64,000 nt of DNA, taken from Obrimoposthia wandeli (taxonomy: Eukaryota). The notes below the pieces were generated by a model. That model did not search any database, had not been told where the DNA came from, and saw only the letters and a list, made by a program, of their open reading frames with translations. The position numbers were made by a program, and so were the translations under genes. Positions 1 through 10,933 of this stretch are shown here, piece after piece; position 1 is the stretch's first letter; the number at the start of each line of letters is the position of its first letter. The stretch spans positions 1-64,000 of the forward strand of contig CDROCS010004396.1 of NCBI GenBank assembly GCA_977020255.1. The letters are read 5' to 3'.

Positions 1-38
1 GTTCAACATTGCACTGTCCACAAAAGCTTACAGATAAT

Positions 39-608
39 ATGTCAAATAAAACGTCATCTAAATCAACCTCTATCATGCCATACAAAATTAGCTTATTTAT
101 TCATTTATTAGTTGAGAAAATTTGTCTCTTTTTGGTTGTGGCTCTAGTGTTCAGCGAAATCTGTATTGTGTTTTTAAGATATATCTACGATATTGGTTTT
201 TTGCAGTTGCATGACTTCGCTCTTTATAACTTTAGTGCGTTAGTTATGTTCAGTGTTGTGTATACATTTGGCTGTAATAAACATGTTCGGGTTGATGTGT
301 TTCGTGAGAAGCATTCCATCAAGGTGCAACAGCGAGTCGATATAATTGCGGTAGTGGGTTTTTTAATACCATTCTTTGCTCTTATCTTATACTGGGTTTG
401 GTCAGATATTGTCTACGCTTGGAGCATTTTGGAAGGGTCGCGAGAAACAGGCGGTTTAGGAGGGCTTTTCCTGGTTAAATCAACGCTACCGTTAGTGTGT
501 TTGTTGATGCTTATACAAGGCGTTTGTGTAATCGTGCGTCGCGGAAAATACTTATCGCAAGTACCTGATAGCCTAGCACCCTCAATCAATATTGAGGCAA
601 ACCACTGA
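39..608 (+). CDS. dctQ: TRAP transporter small permease (DctQ family)
   Basis: Four hydrophobic segments, HVRVDVF and SRETGGL motifs; stop overlaps the dctM start. ATG at 39 preferred over TTG at 9. Confidence 0.88.
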   Translation: MSNKTSSKSTSIMPYKISLFIHLLVEKICLFLVVALVFSEICIVFLRYIYDIGFLQLHDFALYNFSALVMFSVVYTFGCNKHVRVDVFREKHSIKVQQRVDIIAVVGFLIPFFALILYWVWSDIVYAWSILEGSRETGGLGGLFLVKSTLPLVCLLMLIQGVCVIVRRGKYLSQVPDSLAPSINIEANH

Positions 609-2212
609 TGAGCATTGCAGCTATTTGGATACTAATATTAGTGATCACCTTGTTGATTGCGATCATGAGCGGCATACCGGTTATGTTAGCCATTTCAGGT
701 ATTCCGGTAATAATAGGGGTTGTCGCTTCATTTTTTGGTCATTTTGATTTAAGTTTTTTTGGCGCATTTCCACAGCGTGTGTTTGGTATTATGAACAATT
801 CGTTGCTCATTGCGATACCGCTATTTGTGATGATGGGCATTTTATTAGAACGCTCAAAAGTTGCTGAGCGCATGCTCTTAATAATGGCCAGTTTCTTTGG
901 CGGTGATAGGGCAGGGTTGGCTTACTCTGTACTAATAGTGAGTACATTGATTGCCGCATCAACAGGGATTATTGGTGCCACTATCGTTATGTTGGGCATG
1001 ATAAGCTTACCTGCACTGCTTAAAGCAGGTGTGTCTGTGCGTTTATCCTCAGGCCTTATTTGTGCCTCGGGTACTTTAGGGCAAATTATACCGCCATCTA
1101 TAGTCTTGATTTTACTCGGCGATCAAATTTCAAATGCTTACATTGAAGCACAGCAAAACATTGGCAACTTTGCCCCAGATCCCGTATCTGTTGGTGACTT
1201 ATTCGCAGGCGCTTTACTACCGGGCTTATTGCTAGTTGTACTCTACGCATTTTATGTTTTTATCTATAACCGTTTTATCGATCCTGAACCGCGTACAACG
1301 AAGCATTCTATGGCGGGCTCAAAGCAGAAGGATGCTTTTATACAAGAAAACATATCTATACAAGAGATTTGCACTGCATTTCTTCCCCCTATACTACTAA
1401 TTATTGCCGTACTAGGCTCTATTCTATTTGGTGTCGCAACACCTACTGAGGCAGCGGCCGTTGGAGTTGCAGGCACTTTGCTCATTGCTGCAGCAAATAG
1501 TAGTAATGCAGTTAATTGGCTTAAAAAGCTCATCTTATTAGGCGCAATTTCAGCGTTTAGTTTGAGTTTATTGATTTCGTATAATATATCTAAAATAGAT
1601 TTAAGCAGCGGTGCATTAGTATTAGATTACGGCAGTGTAGGCGCCATAGCCTTAAGTTTGATTTTATTAAGTGCCTTAGTTTGTTCAGCCCATCGTCTAG
1701 TAAAAGACAACATCTTAAGAGATGCTATCAGCCAAAGCGTGAGCGTTTCTGGCATGGTGTTCGCCATCATCATTGCCGCTTCAATGTTATCTCTAGTGTT
1801 TAGAGGCTTTGAAGGAGACGAAATGGTCGCGCATGTTTTATCGCAAATACCTGGCGATAAATGGGGTGCACTGATAGCGGTAATGCTAGTGGTGTTTTTA
1901 CTTGGTTTTATTTTAGAGTTCGTTGAGATTTTATTTATTGTTATTCCTATCGTAGGCCCGGTTATTTTGGCTATGGATTTCAATCCAATATGGTTTGCAA
2001 TAATGATCGCTATTAACTTACAAACCAGTTTCTTAACACCACCTTTTGGCTTTGCGCTATTCTATTTTCGCTCAGTTGCACCCAAAAGCATCAGCACAAT
2101 GGACATTTACAAATCCGTCATCCCTTTTGTTATTATCCAAATAATAACAATGGGCGTGTTAATCGTTTTTCCTGAATTGGTGACTTGGTTGCCAATGTGG
2201 ATTTTTTCTTAG
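608..2212 (+). CDS. dctM: TRAP transporter large permease (DctM family)
   Basis: AIPLFVMMG, GTLGQIIPPSIVLI, ATPTEAAAVG and SFLTPPFGFALFY motifs; highly hydrophobic. Confidence 0.93.
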   Translation: MSIAAIWILILVITLLIAIMSGIPVMLAISGIPVIIGVVASFFGHFDLSFFGAFPQRVFGIMNNSLLIAIPLFVMMGILLERSKVAERMLLIMASFFGGDRAGLAYSVLIVSTLIAASTGIIGATIVMLGMISLPALLKAGVSVRLSSGLICASGTLGQIIPPSIVLILLGDQISNAYIEAQQNIGNFAPDPVSVGDLFAGALLPGLLLVVLYAFYVFIYNRFIDPEPRTTKHSMAGSKQKDAFIQENISIQEICTAFLPPILLIIAVLGSILFGVATPTEAAAVGVAGTLLIAAANSSNAVNWLKKLILLGAISAFSLSLLISYNISKIDLSSGALVLDYGSVGAIALSLILLSALVCSAHRLVKDNILRDAISQSVSVSGMVFAIIIAASMLSLVFRGFEGDEMVAHVLSQIPGDKWGALIAVMLVVFLLGFILEFVEILFIVIPIVGPVILAMDFNPIWFAIMIAINLQTSFLTPPFGFALFYFRSVAPKSISTMDIYKSVIPFVIIQIITMGVLIVFPELVTWLPMWIFS

Positions 2213-2284
2213 CAATGGGCAGGTGTAATCAAAGTCATTTTAAATTCAATAACAACAGAGCAAACAACCTAATAAGGAGTATTT

Positions 2285-3352
2285 ATGCAGCGTAGAAAAT
2301 TTTTACAAGGTGCCGCTTTAACAGGAGCTGGTGTTGCTATTACAGGCGCACCCGCTATTGCAAGTGGTAAAATACAATGGAAGTTACCGACCAGCTTTCC
2401 CGCTAAAGCACCCGGTGTAGGTACAAATGTCACTAGCTTTGCAAAGCGTGTAGAAGCAATGTCTGGCGGACGTTTATCTTTTAAAGTGTATTCTGGTGGT
2501 GAATTAGTGCCTCCATTTGCTGTAGAAGATGCTGTACAAAAAGGCACGGCAGAAATAGGGCACAGCACGCCGTATTATTCAGCAGGTAAAAACTCAGCCA
2601 TTCATTTCTTTAGTACTGTTCCCTTTGGTATGACAGCCAGTGAGCACGTTGCTTGGTTGCAGTTTGGTGGTGGCCAGCAATTATGGGATGACATTTATGC
2701 TCAGCGTGGTTTAAAAGCGTTTTACAGCGGTAATTCAGGTACACAATCTGGCGGCTGGTTCAAAAAAGAAATTAATTCAGTTAAAGATCTTTCTGGCTTA
2801 AATATGCGTATTGCTGGTTTAGGTGGAGAGGCAATGCGTAAACTTGGCGTTAACGCTATTCTGTTGCCGCCACCGGAAATTTTCCCCGCTTTTAAATCGG
2901 GTGCTATTGATGCAGCTGAGTGGGTAGGTCCTATGTTAGATCAAGCATTTGGATTAAATAAAATCACAGATCTTTGCTATACCCCAGCTTTTCATGAACC
3001 TGGCGCGGCGCTGGAAATCGTGGTTAACAAAGATGCATTCGCTGAACTTCCTAAAGATTTGCAAGCGATTGTAGAGGAAGCTGCCCGCGCTACTTCTGTC
3101 GAAACGTTGGCTCAATTTGATTACTTCAATACTATGGCAATGCTTAAGCTGCAAGAAAAGGGCGTTAAGTTTAAAGAATTCCCAACGGATGTCGTTGAAG
3201 CATTGAAGAAAGCCAGCATTGAGGTAATGAATGAACTCGCAGCTGCAAACCCAGAGTTTGCAAAAGTGCAAAAAAGCTATCAAGCATTTTTAACTCCTGC
3301 TACGCAATACGCTAATTTGTTCCAGGGTGCTATTTACCGCCAGCGTAGTTAA
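2285..3352 (+). CDS. TRAP substrate-binding protein, TakP-like (2-oxoacid-binding type), Tat signal
   Basis: Tat-like MQRRKFL N-terminus; conserved LNMRIAGLGG arginine motif; GAIDAAEWVGP; AAGGAG RBS upstream. Confidence 0.88.
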   Translation: MQRRKFLQGAALTGAGVAITGAPAIASGKIQWKLPTSFPAKAPGVGTNVTSFAKRVEAMSGGRLSFKVYSGGELVPPFAVEDAVQKGTAEIGHSTPYYSAGKNSAIHFFSTVPFGMTASEHVAWLQFGGGQQLWDDIYAQRGLKAFYSGNSGTQSGGWFKKEINSVKDLSGLNMRIAGLGGEAMRKLGVNAILLPPPEIFPAFKSGAIDAAEWVGPMLDQAFGLNKITDLCYTPAFHEPGAALEIVVNKDAFAELPKDLQAIVEEAARATSVETLAQFDYFNTMAMLKLQEKGVKFKEFPTDVVEALKKASIEVMNELAAANPEFAKVQKSYQAFLTPATQYANLFQGAIYRQRS

Positions 3353-3357
3353 TGATG

Positions 3358-3395
3358 TTAGCTCCTTTTCATTACATTCATTGAAAAGGAGCTAA
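3358..3395 (+). terminator. Hairpin after TRAP operon
   Basis: Perfect 14-bp inverted repeat TTAGCTCCTTTTCA/TGAAAAGGAGCTAA with 10-nt loop just after the stop. Confidence 0.7.
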
Positions 3396-3671
3396 TTGTG
3401 CAGCATTTATATAGAATATTTTTTATGGAAATTTTGAACAATGCCGTAGGGCGTTAATCAGCTGCAATGTAAAGTTTATAAATTCACACCTCCACTTTTT
3501 TAATAGAACGCACACTGTGACCATTAACCATTCAAGTTTTTATACAAAGCGTGACGTAAAGCTCATTAAGCTACATAAAATAAGCGTACCGATTAAGTAA
3601 AGGAGTAGCCTAGTACGTCGCCTTAAGTTACTCTTAACCTTATATAATAATGATTTTTTAAAGGTACATAC

Positions 3672-5582
3672 ATGTCTAATGCTTATGTTGAGAGCCTCAC
3701 TTTTTACCCTCTAAAATCTGGCGCCGGTATCAATTGTGATGCAGCACAGGTCGATAATGCTGGCATAGACGGCGACAGGCGCTTTATGCTCACAAAAATG
3801 GATGGCAGTTTTGTAACTGGTCGCACACACCCTAGGATTACGGCCATTAGTTGTGAATACATCGATAATAACTTAGTGCTAAAACACGCTAGTTGTGATG
3901 ACTTGGTATTGGAGCAGCATAATTTTTCTACGCAGTATTACCCTACAGAAGTTTGGGGCACTAAATTTTTGGGACAAGGATGTGGTTATGCTGTTGATCA
4001 ATGGATTAGCGCTATTTTTGATGAGCCGTTACGTATTTTATTTTTTGGTGACAACTCTAATAGAGAAGTAGAAGGCCATGAGACTCACGAAGTGGCGTTT
4101 GCCGATGGTTTCCCGCTACTTATCGCTAACACTCAATCACTTGATCACCTAAACCAACGCTTATTAGCACCAATCAGCATGGCGGCGTTTAGACCAAACA
4201 TTACCATTAATGGCGCATCTGCTTGGGCAGAAGACGAATGGGCGCAAATCAAAATTGGTGAAGTTGTTTTTGAATTACCAAAACCATGTAGTCGCTGTAT
4301 TTTTACAACAGTCGATCCAGCTACAGCAATCCTCGATAGCAAATCAGAGCCGGTGAAAACCTTAGCTACTTATCGTAAAACTGAACAGGGCGATGAGATC
4401 ATTTTTGGCGAAAACATGTTAGTTTTAAAGCCCGGAATAATTCGCATTGGTGATAAAGTTGAAATTTTGAAAACAAAGCCGAAACCGGGCTATGCTGATC
4501 ATTGGCAATTAAAAAACAGCCGCTTATCGCAGCAACTAACACTCGCTGCTAAAGAAATTTCAGCTAAAAACACTCTGTTGCGATGCGTGCAAATTATTGA
4601 TGAAACGGCAGATGTTAAAACGTTTAAATTTACGGCTGACCCTGTCACTAGATTCTCATACTTACCCGGGCAATTTGTAACGTTACAACCGCTCATTGAC
4701 GATCGAAAATACCCTCGTTGCTATACGCTTTCTTCAAGTCCATCAACACCTGACTTAATCTCCATCACCGTAAAGCGTGTTGAACAGGGCATCGTGTCTA
4801 ATTGGCTGCATGATAATGTGAAAGTAGGTTCCTCTATTGAAAGTAGTGCACGCAGCGGAGTGTTCCATTTATCAGATCGAGCTTTACCAAAAATCTTGTT
4901 GCTATCAGCAGGTTCCGGCATTACGCCGATGCTATCAATGGTACGTTACATTACAGATTTAGCACTAAACATTAACATTCACTTTCACCACAGTGCTAAA
5001 ACAGTAGATGATTTGATCTGTTTTAATGAGCTAAGGTTGATAGCCAGCCAAACAGATCATTTATCTTTATCTTGCAACTTTACTCGCCAAGCGGCAGTTG
5101 ATGATCACGCCATAGCGAATGTCAGCGGTAGATTAACCACAAATATGTTGCAAGGGTACTGTAGTGACGTTGCCGAGCGTGAAGTTTTTGTCTGCGGCCC
5201 AGAAGGGTTTATGAGCGAAGCACAACAAATGCTGACCCAGCTGGCATTGCCAGCAGCGCAATATCATCAAGAAAGTTTTGTAATTGATAGTGCAGTACAA
5301 AGTGAAGAAATTGAGCAAGGTCGTTATAAGTTGAAGTTCTTACAGAGCGGTTTGGAGGTTGAAGTTGATGGTGATCAATCTATTTTAGATGCAGCAGAGC
5401 AAATGGGTATATATCCTGATTATAGTTGTTTGGCGGGCATATGCGGCAGCTGTAACAGCCAATTGGTGAGCGGAAAAATTCATGCACCTGATGCAATGGC
5501 TTTAGATGAAGAAGATAAGGCAAATGGCGAGTTTTTACCTTGTTGTAGCTATGCTCGCTCTGACCTAGAAATTGACTTGTAA
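3672..5582 (+). CDS. ycbX: YcbX-type MOSC protein fused to FAD/NAD(P)H reductase and 2Fe-2S ferredoxin
   Basis: GDRRFML (MOSC_N), FADGFP, FRPNI, KPCSRC (MOSC); RCYTLSSSP, SAGSGITPM, VCGPEGFM (FNR-like); CLAGICGSC...PCC (2Fe-2S). Confidence 0.88.
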   Translation: MSNAYVESLTFYPLKSGAGINCDAAQVDNAGIDGDRRFMLTKMDGSFVTGRTHPRITAISCEYIDNNLVLKHASCDDLVLEQHNFSTQYYPTEVWGTKFLGQGCGYAVDQWISAIFDEPLRILFFGDNSNREVEGHETHEVAFADGFPLLIANTQSLDHLNQRLLAPISMAAFRPNITINGASAWAEDEWAQIKIGEVVFELPKPCSRCIFTTVDPATAILDSKSEPVKTLATYRKTEQGDEIIFGENMLVLKPGIIRIGDKVEILKTKPKPGYADHWQLKNSRLSQQLTLAAKEISAKNTLLRCVQIIDETADVKTFKFTADPVTRFSYLPGQFVTLQPLIDDRKYPRCYTLSSSPSTPDLISITVKRVEQGIVSNWLHDNVKVGSSIESSARSGVFHLSDRALPKILLLSAGSGITPMLSMVRYITDLALNINIHFHHSAKTVDDLICFNELRLIASQTDHLSLSCNFTRQAAVDDHAIANVSGRLTTNMLQGYCSDVAEREVFVCGPEGFMSEAQQMLTQLALPAAQYHQESFVIDSAVQSEEIEQGRYKLKFLQSGLEVEVDGDQSILDAAEQMGIYPDYSCLAGICGSCNSQLVSGKIHAPDAMALDEEDKANGEFLPCCSYARSDLEIDL

Positions 5583-5663
5583 TCTTTAGCTCAGATCTAA
5601 GATCAATAACAGGGGAGCTGTTAAAAAAACTCCCTTTAAAGCGCCATATGAAAAGAGATATAA

Positions 5664-6137
5664 ATGACACCTGCGATAAACAGTGCCAACAAAAATAAAA
5701 TAAACCATGTTATTCATGAATATGTGCATGATGTTAAAGCAACTTCCTATGGTATCGAAGCTGCTGAAAAATTAGCAGTGGATCCTAAACAAATATTCAA
5801 AACGTTAGTGGTTAGTTTAGATAATAAAAAGCTAGCGGTAGCAATTATTCCTGTTCTAGATCAACTTAGTATGAAGCGTGTTGCCAAAGCACTGGCCGTA
5901 AAAAAAGTGGTGATGGCAGATAAAATAGTAGTAGAGCGCTCTACAGGATACGTGCTCGGCGGCGTGAGTCCTTTAGGTCAAAAAAAGGCATTGCTAACCG
6001 TACTTGATCAATCAGCGCAATGTTTAGATACGCTATTTGTTAGCGCAGGTAAAAGAGGTTTAGAAATAGAACTTAAGCCAAGTGATTTAATTAAGCTCAC
6101 ACGTGCAAAGTACGCTTCCATTATTCAAACTGATTAA
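5664..6137 (+). CDS. ybaK: Cys-tRNA(Pro) deacylase
   Basis: IFKTLVV, TGYVLGGVSPLGQKK and SAGKRGLEIEL motifs. Confidence 0.92.
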   Translation: MTPAINSANKNKINHVIHEYVHDVKATSYGIEAAEKLAVDPKQIFKTLVVSLDNKKLAVAIIPVLDQLSMKRVAKALAVKKVVMADKIVVERSTGYVLGGVSPLGQKKALLTVLDQSAQCLDTLFVSAGKRGLEIELKPSDLIKLTRAKYASIIQTD

Positions 6138-6249
6138 GTATTCAATACCTTGATTTACTATGTACGCAATTGAACGGTAATTCACTTTAAATTTTAACCC
6201 TAATTATTTGAATTTTATATATAAAAACTTATATCCTTGTTGGGTCATT

Positions 6250-6868
6250 TTATCTGTTGGGTCTTTTTCTAGCAGGACGTTTAACTGAGTTATATTTTGC
6301 TGCTGATGTTTTTTTAGGAGTGGCTAAATAAACTACTTCTTTTCTGGTGTCGCCACTGGACAAGTTTCCAACGGTCCAGTTACCAATAGCATACCTTACT
6401 AATCTCAATGTAGGATAGCCTACCGCTGCAGTCATACGTCGAACTTGACGATTTTTTCCCTCTTTAATTTTGAGTTCTAGCCAAGAAGTTGGTTTATCTT
6501 TGCGTTCTCTTATTGGTGGGTTTCATGCAATATAGACTGTGGCCTTCAATGACTCGAGCTTGTGCAGGTTTAGTCTTGCCATCTTTTAACACAACCCCCT
6601 TAATGAGCTGGTTGAGAGCTTCTTGATTGATTAAACCTTCTACTTGTACCCAATAGGTTTTCTCTAACTTAAATGCAGGGTTTGCTAGCTGATGTTGAGT
6701 AGGTCCGTCATCTGTAAGAATCAACAATCCTTCAGAATCATAATCTAAACGCCCAGCAGGATAGAACCCTTTTTCACTGACAAAATCTCGCAGTGTTGTG
6801 CGCTCTCCATCATCAGTGAATTGGCTCAGTACTTGGAAAGGTTTATTGAGTAATATTAAATTGGCCAT
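6250..6868 (-). pseudogene. rluE: 23S rRNA pseudouridine synthase RluE, frameshifted in this sequence (may be a sequencing error)
   Basis: GRLDYDSEGLL catalytic motif in 6494-6868; [43 protein letters not shown] continues in another frame to 6250; indels near 6519-6546. Confidence 0.85.
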
Positions 6869-6938
6869 GAATTATCATTTTTTAGGTGGAAGATAAAAGC
6901 GAAGCAGCTTACTTGATACATATTAAAGCTGCAAACAT

Positions 6939-6974
6939 AAAAAATCCCGCGTTAAGTCAGTACTTAAGCGGGAT
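6939..6974 (-). terminator. Rho-independent terminator downstream of acnB
   Basis: ATCCCGC(G)TTAAGT/ACTTAAGCGGGAT stem followed by a T-run on the minus strand. Confidence 0.65.
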
Positions 6975-7086
6975 AGTATAATCTTATAATTGTTGCAGAT
7001 ATAGCATTGCTAGAATACTAAGCTATCAACCTTTCAATACTATTAAATCGTTGATGGCTTATTTTAAACGCAACAATTAACGCTAT

Positions 7087-9679
7087 TTACGCTTCTACAA
7101 GTGGAATGACGTTAGAGGCCTTCTTAACGTAGCTTTCCATTTGATCAAAATTTAAATAGCGATAGATTTCGCTAGACATAGCATCGTATGTTTTAGCATG
7201 TTCTAAATATTCTGCTACAGTAGGTAACGAACCTGTAATCGCAGCCACTGATGCTAACTCAGCAGATGCTAAGAATACATCCGCACCATCACCTAAACGG
7301 TTAGGGAAGTTACGTGTAGAAGTTGAAACAGCCGTTGATTTAGCGGCGATTCTTGCTTGGTTACCCATGCATAAAGAACAACCAGGCATTTCAATACGCG
7401 CACCAGCATTACCAAAGATGTTGTAATAACCTTCTTCAGAAAGTTGTGCTGCATCCATCTTAGTCGGTGGGGCAATCCACATGCGAGTTGGGATAGAACC
7501 TTTATTAGCTTCTAGCAATTTACCAGCTGCACGGAAATGACCAATGTTAGTCATACAAGAGCCGATGAATACTTCATCAATTTTTCGTCCTTGAACACTG
7601 GATAACAAACGTGCATCATCAGGGTCATTTGGTGCGCAAAGAATAGGTTCTTTGATTTCTGAAATATCAATTTCAAGTGTATGAGCATATTGCGCATTGC
7701 TATCAGCACGCATTAAGCTTGGGTTTGCTAACCATTCTTGCATGCCAATAATACGACGCGAAATAGTACGTACGTCGCCGTAGCCTTCATTTAACATCCA
7801 TTTCAACATAACGATGTTAGATTTCAGGTACTCAGTCACTGATGCTTCACTTAAAGTGATAGTACAACCAGCAGCAGAGCGTTCAGCAGAGGCATCTGTC
7901 AATTCAAAAGCTTGTTCAACAGTCAGCTCTTCAAGCCCTTCAATTTCTAATATGCGACCAGAAAATTCGTTGATTTTGCCAGATTTTTCAACCGTCAATA
8001 GACCTTCTTGGATACCGCGGTAAGGAATAGCGTGTACTAAATCACGTAAGGTAATACCTGGTTGCATCTCACCTTTGAAACGTACCAAGATTGACTCAGG
8101 CATATCCAATGGCATAACACCAGTCGCCGCTGCGAAAGCAACTAAACCAGACCCTGCAGGGAAAGAAATACCCAATGGGAATCGCGTATGGGAATCACCA
8201 CCTGTACCCACAGTATCGCTAACAGCATACGGTTTAACCGAAGAGTGACAATAACATCGCCTGGCGAGTGCAACACCACCACGAGATCCGCATGAAGTCG
8301 GGTAGGTGTGGTGTGTATTGACATCAACAGGCTTAGGGATAAGCGGCGGTATGGCAAAATGACATAGTTAAATCAGCAGAGAAGCCAAGACAGGCAAGAT
8401 CTTTTAGCTCATCACGTGTCATTGGGCCGGTAGTATCTTGCGATCCTACAGTGGTCATTTTAGGCTCGCAATATGTGCCAGGTAGAATACCTTCAACATT
8501 ACAAGCTTTACCGACCATTTTTTGAGCAAGGGTGTAGCCTTGATCACTGGCAGCAGTAGGCTGATCAGGGGATCTGAATAGATCTGTGCTTCCCAATGAT
8601 AATGCTTCTCTTGCTTTGTCAGTTAAACCACGACCGATAATCAGCGGAATACGACCACCCGCTTGAACTTCATCAAGCAATACTTGGGTTTTAAGCGAGA
8701 AAGTAGAAATCGTTTCGCCAGCTTCGTTAGTCACTTTACCTTCGTAAGGGTAAACAGTGATTACATCACCCATTTGCATTTTATCTACATCTAGCTCGAT
8801 AGGTAACGCGCCTGCATCTTCCATAGTATTAAAGAAGATAGGTGCAATTTTATTACCGAAACAAAAACCAGCAGTGCGCTTGTTAGGAATATTTGGAATA
8901 TCATCACCAAAGAACCAAAGCACTGAGTTAGTGGCTGATTTACGTGAAGAACCGGTACCAACAACATCACCAACATAGACAACAGGATTGCCTTTGGCTT
9001 TAACCGCTTCTATTTGAGCTAATGGGCCTAATACACCGTGCTCTTGTGGCTCAATACCATCACGTGTCATTTTTAACATTGCATTGGCGTGCACTGGAAT
9101 ATCAGGGCGTGACCATGCATCCGGTGCAGGAGAAAGATCATCGGTATTTGTTTCGCCAGTCACTTTAAAGACTGTTAGCTTAATGTTATCAGCAAGCTTT
9201 GGCTTAGAGGTAAACCATTCAGCTTGCGCCCAAGATTCAATAACTTGCTTGGCAGATGCATTTCCAGCATCCATTTTTTCTTTTACATCGTAAAAAGCAT
9301 CAAACATTAACAAAGTATGCGAAAGTGCTTTAACCGCTGATGGCGCTAATTCATCAATTTCAAGACAAGCTATTAAAGGCTGTATGTTATAGCCGCCTAG
9401 CATGGTGCCTAGAATTTCAACTGCCAAAACTTTTGAAATCAAAGGGGATTCTGCTTCACCCGTGGTGATAGCGGCCAAAAATCCAGCTTTTACATAAGCA
9501 GATTGATCAACGCCCGCAGGAACGCGTTCAGTTAAAAGATTAAGAATGAAATCTTCTTCGCCAGCCGGTGGCGCTTTTAGTAATTCTACTAAAGCAGCTG
9601 TTTGATCTGAATCTAATGGTAATGCTGGAACGCCTTGAATTGCACGCTCTTCTACATGTTTACGGTAAGCTTTTAACAC
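7087..9679 (-). pseudogene. acnB: Aconitate hydratase B, interrupted by a cluster of small indels (probably a sequencing artefact)
   Basis: [54 protein letters not shown] and [11 protein letters not shown]; two ORFs joined by a disrupted patch at about 8213-8368. Confidence 0.93.
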
Positions 9680-10009
9680 GGTTTAGCCCTCATCTGTTTG
9701 TCTGCCGTTTAATTACTATAATATGAAAATGTCGGCGTATATCTAATTTATTCACTAGAATTACTCTAGATCTTGATATAGAGATCAATTGTACCTGAAA
9801 AGGCAAATATTGTCGACAATCCCATTTTAAATACTTTGTTTTTATGGGTGATTAACACTTTAGTCTATGTTTTCATGATAGTTAGCTAATAAAGTTACTA
9901 TTTCGCTATTTTTTATGGGAAGCTTATTTTGAATATCAAAAATTTAACAGCAATGACTACGTTAATCAAAAAACAAACCCTGTCAGCATTGTTATCAAGT
10001 ATTATTTGC

Positions 10010-10038
10010 AAAAAAAAACCGGCTCAATAGCCGGTTTT
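10010..10038 (-). terminator. Rho-independent terminator of the OmpA-family gene
   Basis: AAAACCGGCT-caat-AGCCGGTTTT stem with a long T-run on the minus strand. Confidence 0.8.
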
Positions 10039-10054
10039 CTTAAAGTGTCATTAC

Positions 10055-10933
10055 TTAGTTTTGAATTTGCATTTCTACACGTCTGTTTTGAGCACGACCA
10101 TCATCTGTTTCATTACTAGCAACAGGGTTGTTTTCGCCAAAACCTTCAGAGGTAATATTATTTGAAGGAACACCTTGAGAGATAAGGTATTGTCTAACTG
10201 AGGCAGCACGCTTGTCAGAAAGCTGAATGTTATAAGCGTTACCGCCAATAGAGTCAGTGTGTCCAGCAACTAATACTTCAGCTTGAGCGGCGACAAGTTT
10301 GCTAGCGACATTATCAAGTATTTGCTTTGAATCGACTGTTAGATCAAATGACTTATACTCAAAGAAAACACCTTCAAGCACAATAGCAACGTTCTCATCA
10401 CAACCGATAGAGTTTACAGCCATGCCTGCTGGGGTGTCAGGACACTGATCCGCTTCATCTAATACACCGTCACCATCTTGGTCATTTATAACTTCACAGC
10501 CTGTTTCATCAACTTCAGTACCCAGTGGTGTATTAGGGCACTGGTCAATGCTGTTTGCAACGCCGTCTTTATCATCATCAAGTGTACAGCCAACTTCATT
10601 TACAGCCGTTCCTAAAGGTGTGTACGGGCATTCATCTATCTTATCAATAACACCGTCTTTATCACCATCCAATACAACGCCTGGCGCACAGAATATTGCG
10701 CCTAAACCAGCACCTACCAATGCACCAGCAGCGCCAGATTTGCTGTCGTTATCACGATTAGCAGCCGCATCCATTGCAATACCTGCAAGACCACCAGCGG
10801 CAACACATAAAACACGTTTAGTGTCCCAAGTACCTGGCTGAGAAGTATTGTTAGACGTCGAAGCACAACCTGTGATGACAAGCGACAGCGTGATTACACC
10901 GGCTGCTTTTTTGAATGTTTGATAGTTGTTCAT
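10055..10933 (-). CDS. OmpA-family lipoprotein with glycine zipper and three thrombospondin type-3 (DxDxDG) repeats
   Basis: Lipobox ITGC; DGDKDGVIDKIDECP, DDDKDGVANSIDQCP, DQDGDGVLDEADQCP; C-terminal GHTDSIG...N..LS.KRA...NRRVE. Confidence 0.9.
   Translation of the reverse strand: MNNYQTFKKAAGVITLSLVITGCASTSNNTSQPGTWDTKRVLCVAAGGLAGIAMDAAANRDNDSKSGAAGALVGAGLGAIFCAPGVVLDGDKDGVIDKIDECPYTPLGTAVNEVGCTLDDDKDGVANSIDQCPNTPLGTEVDETGCEVINDQDGDGVLDEADQCPDTPAGMAVNSIGCDENVAIVLEGVFFEYKSFDLTVDSKQILDNVASKLVAAQAEVLVAGHTDSIGGNAYNIQLSDKRAASVRQYLISQGVPSNNITSEGFGENNPVASNETDDGRAQNRRVEMQIQN

Noticed and set aside
8213-8368. Programmed frameshifting in acnB
   Set aside because: There are multiple irregular indels rather than one slippery site, and none is known for acnB.
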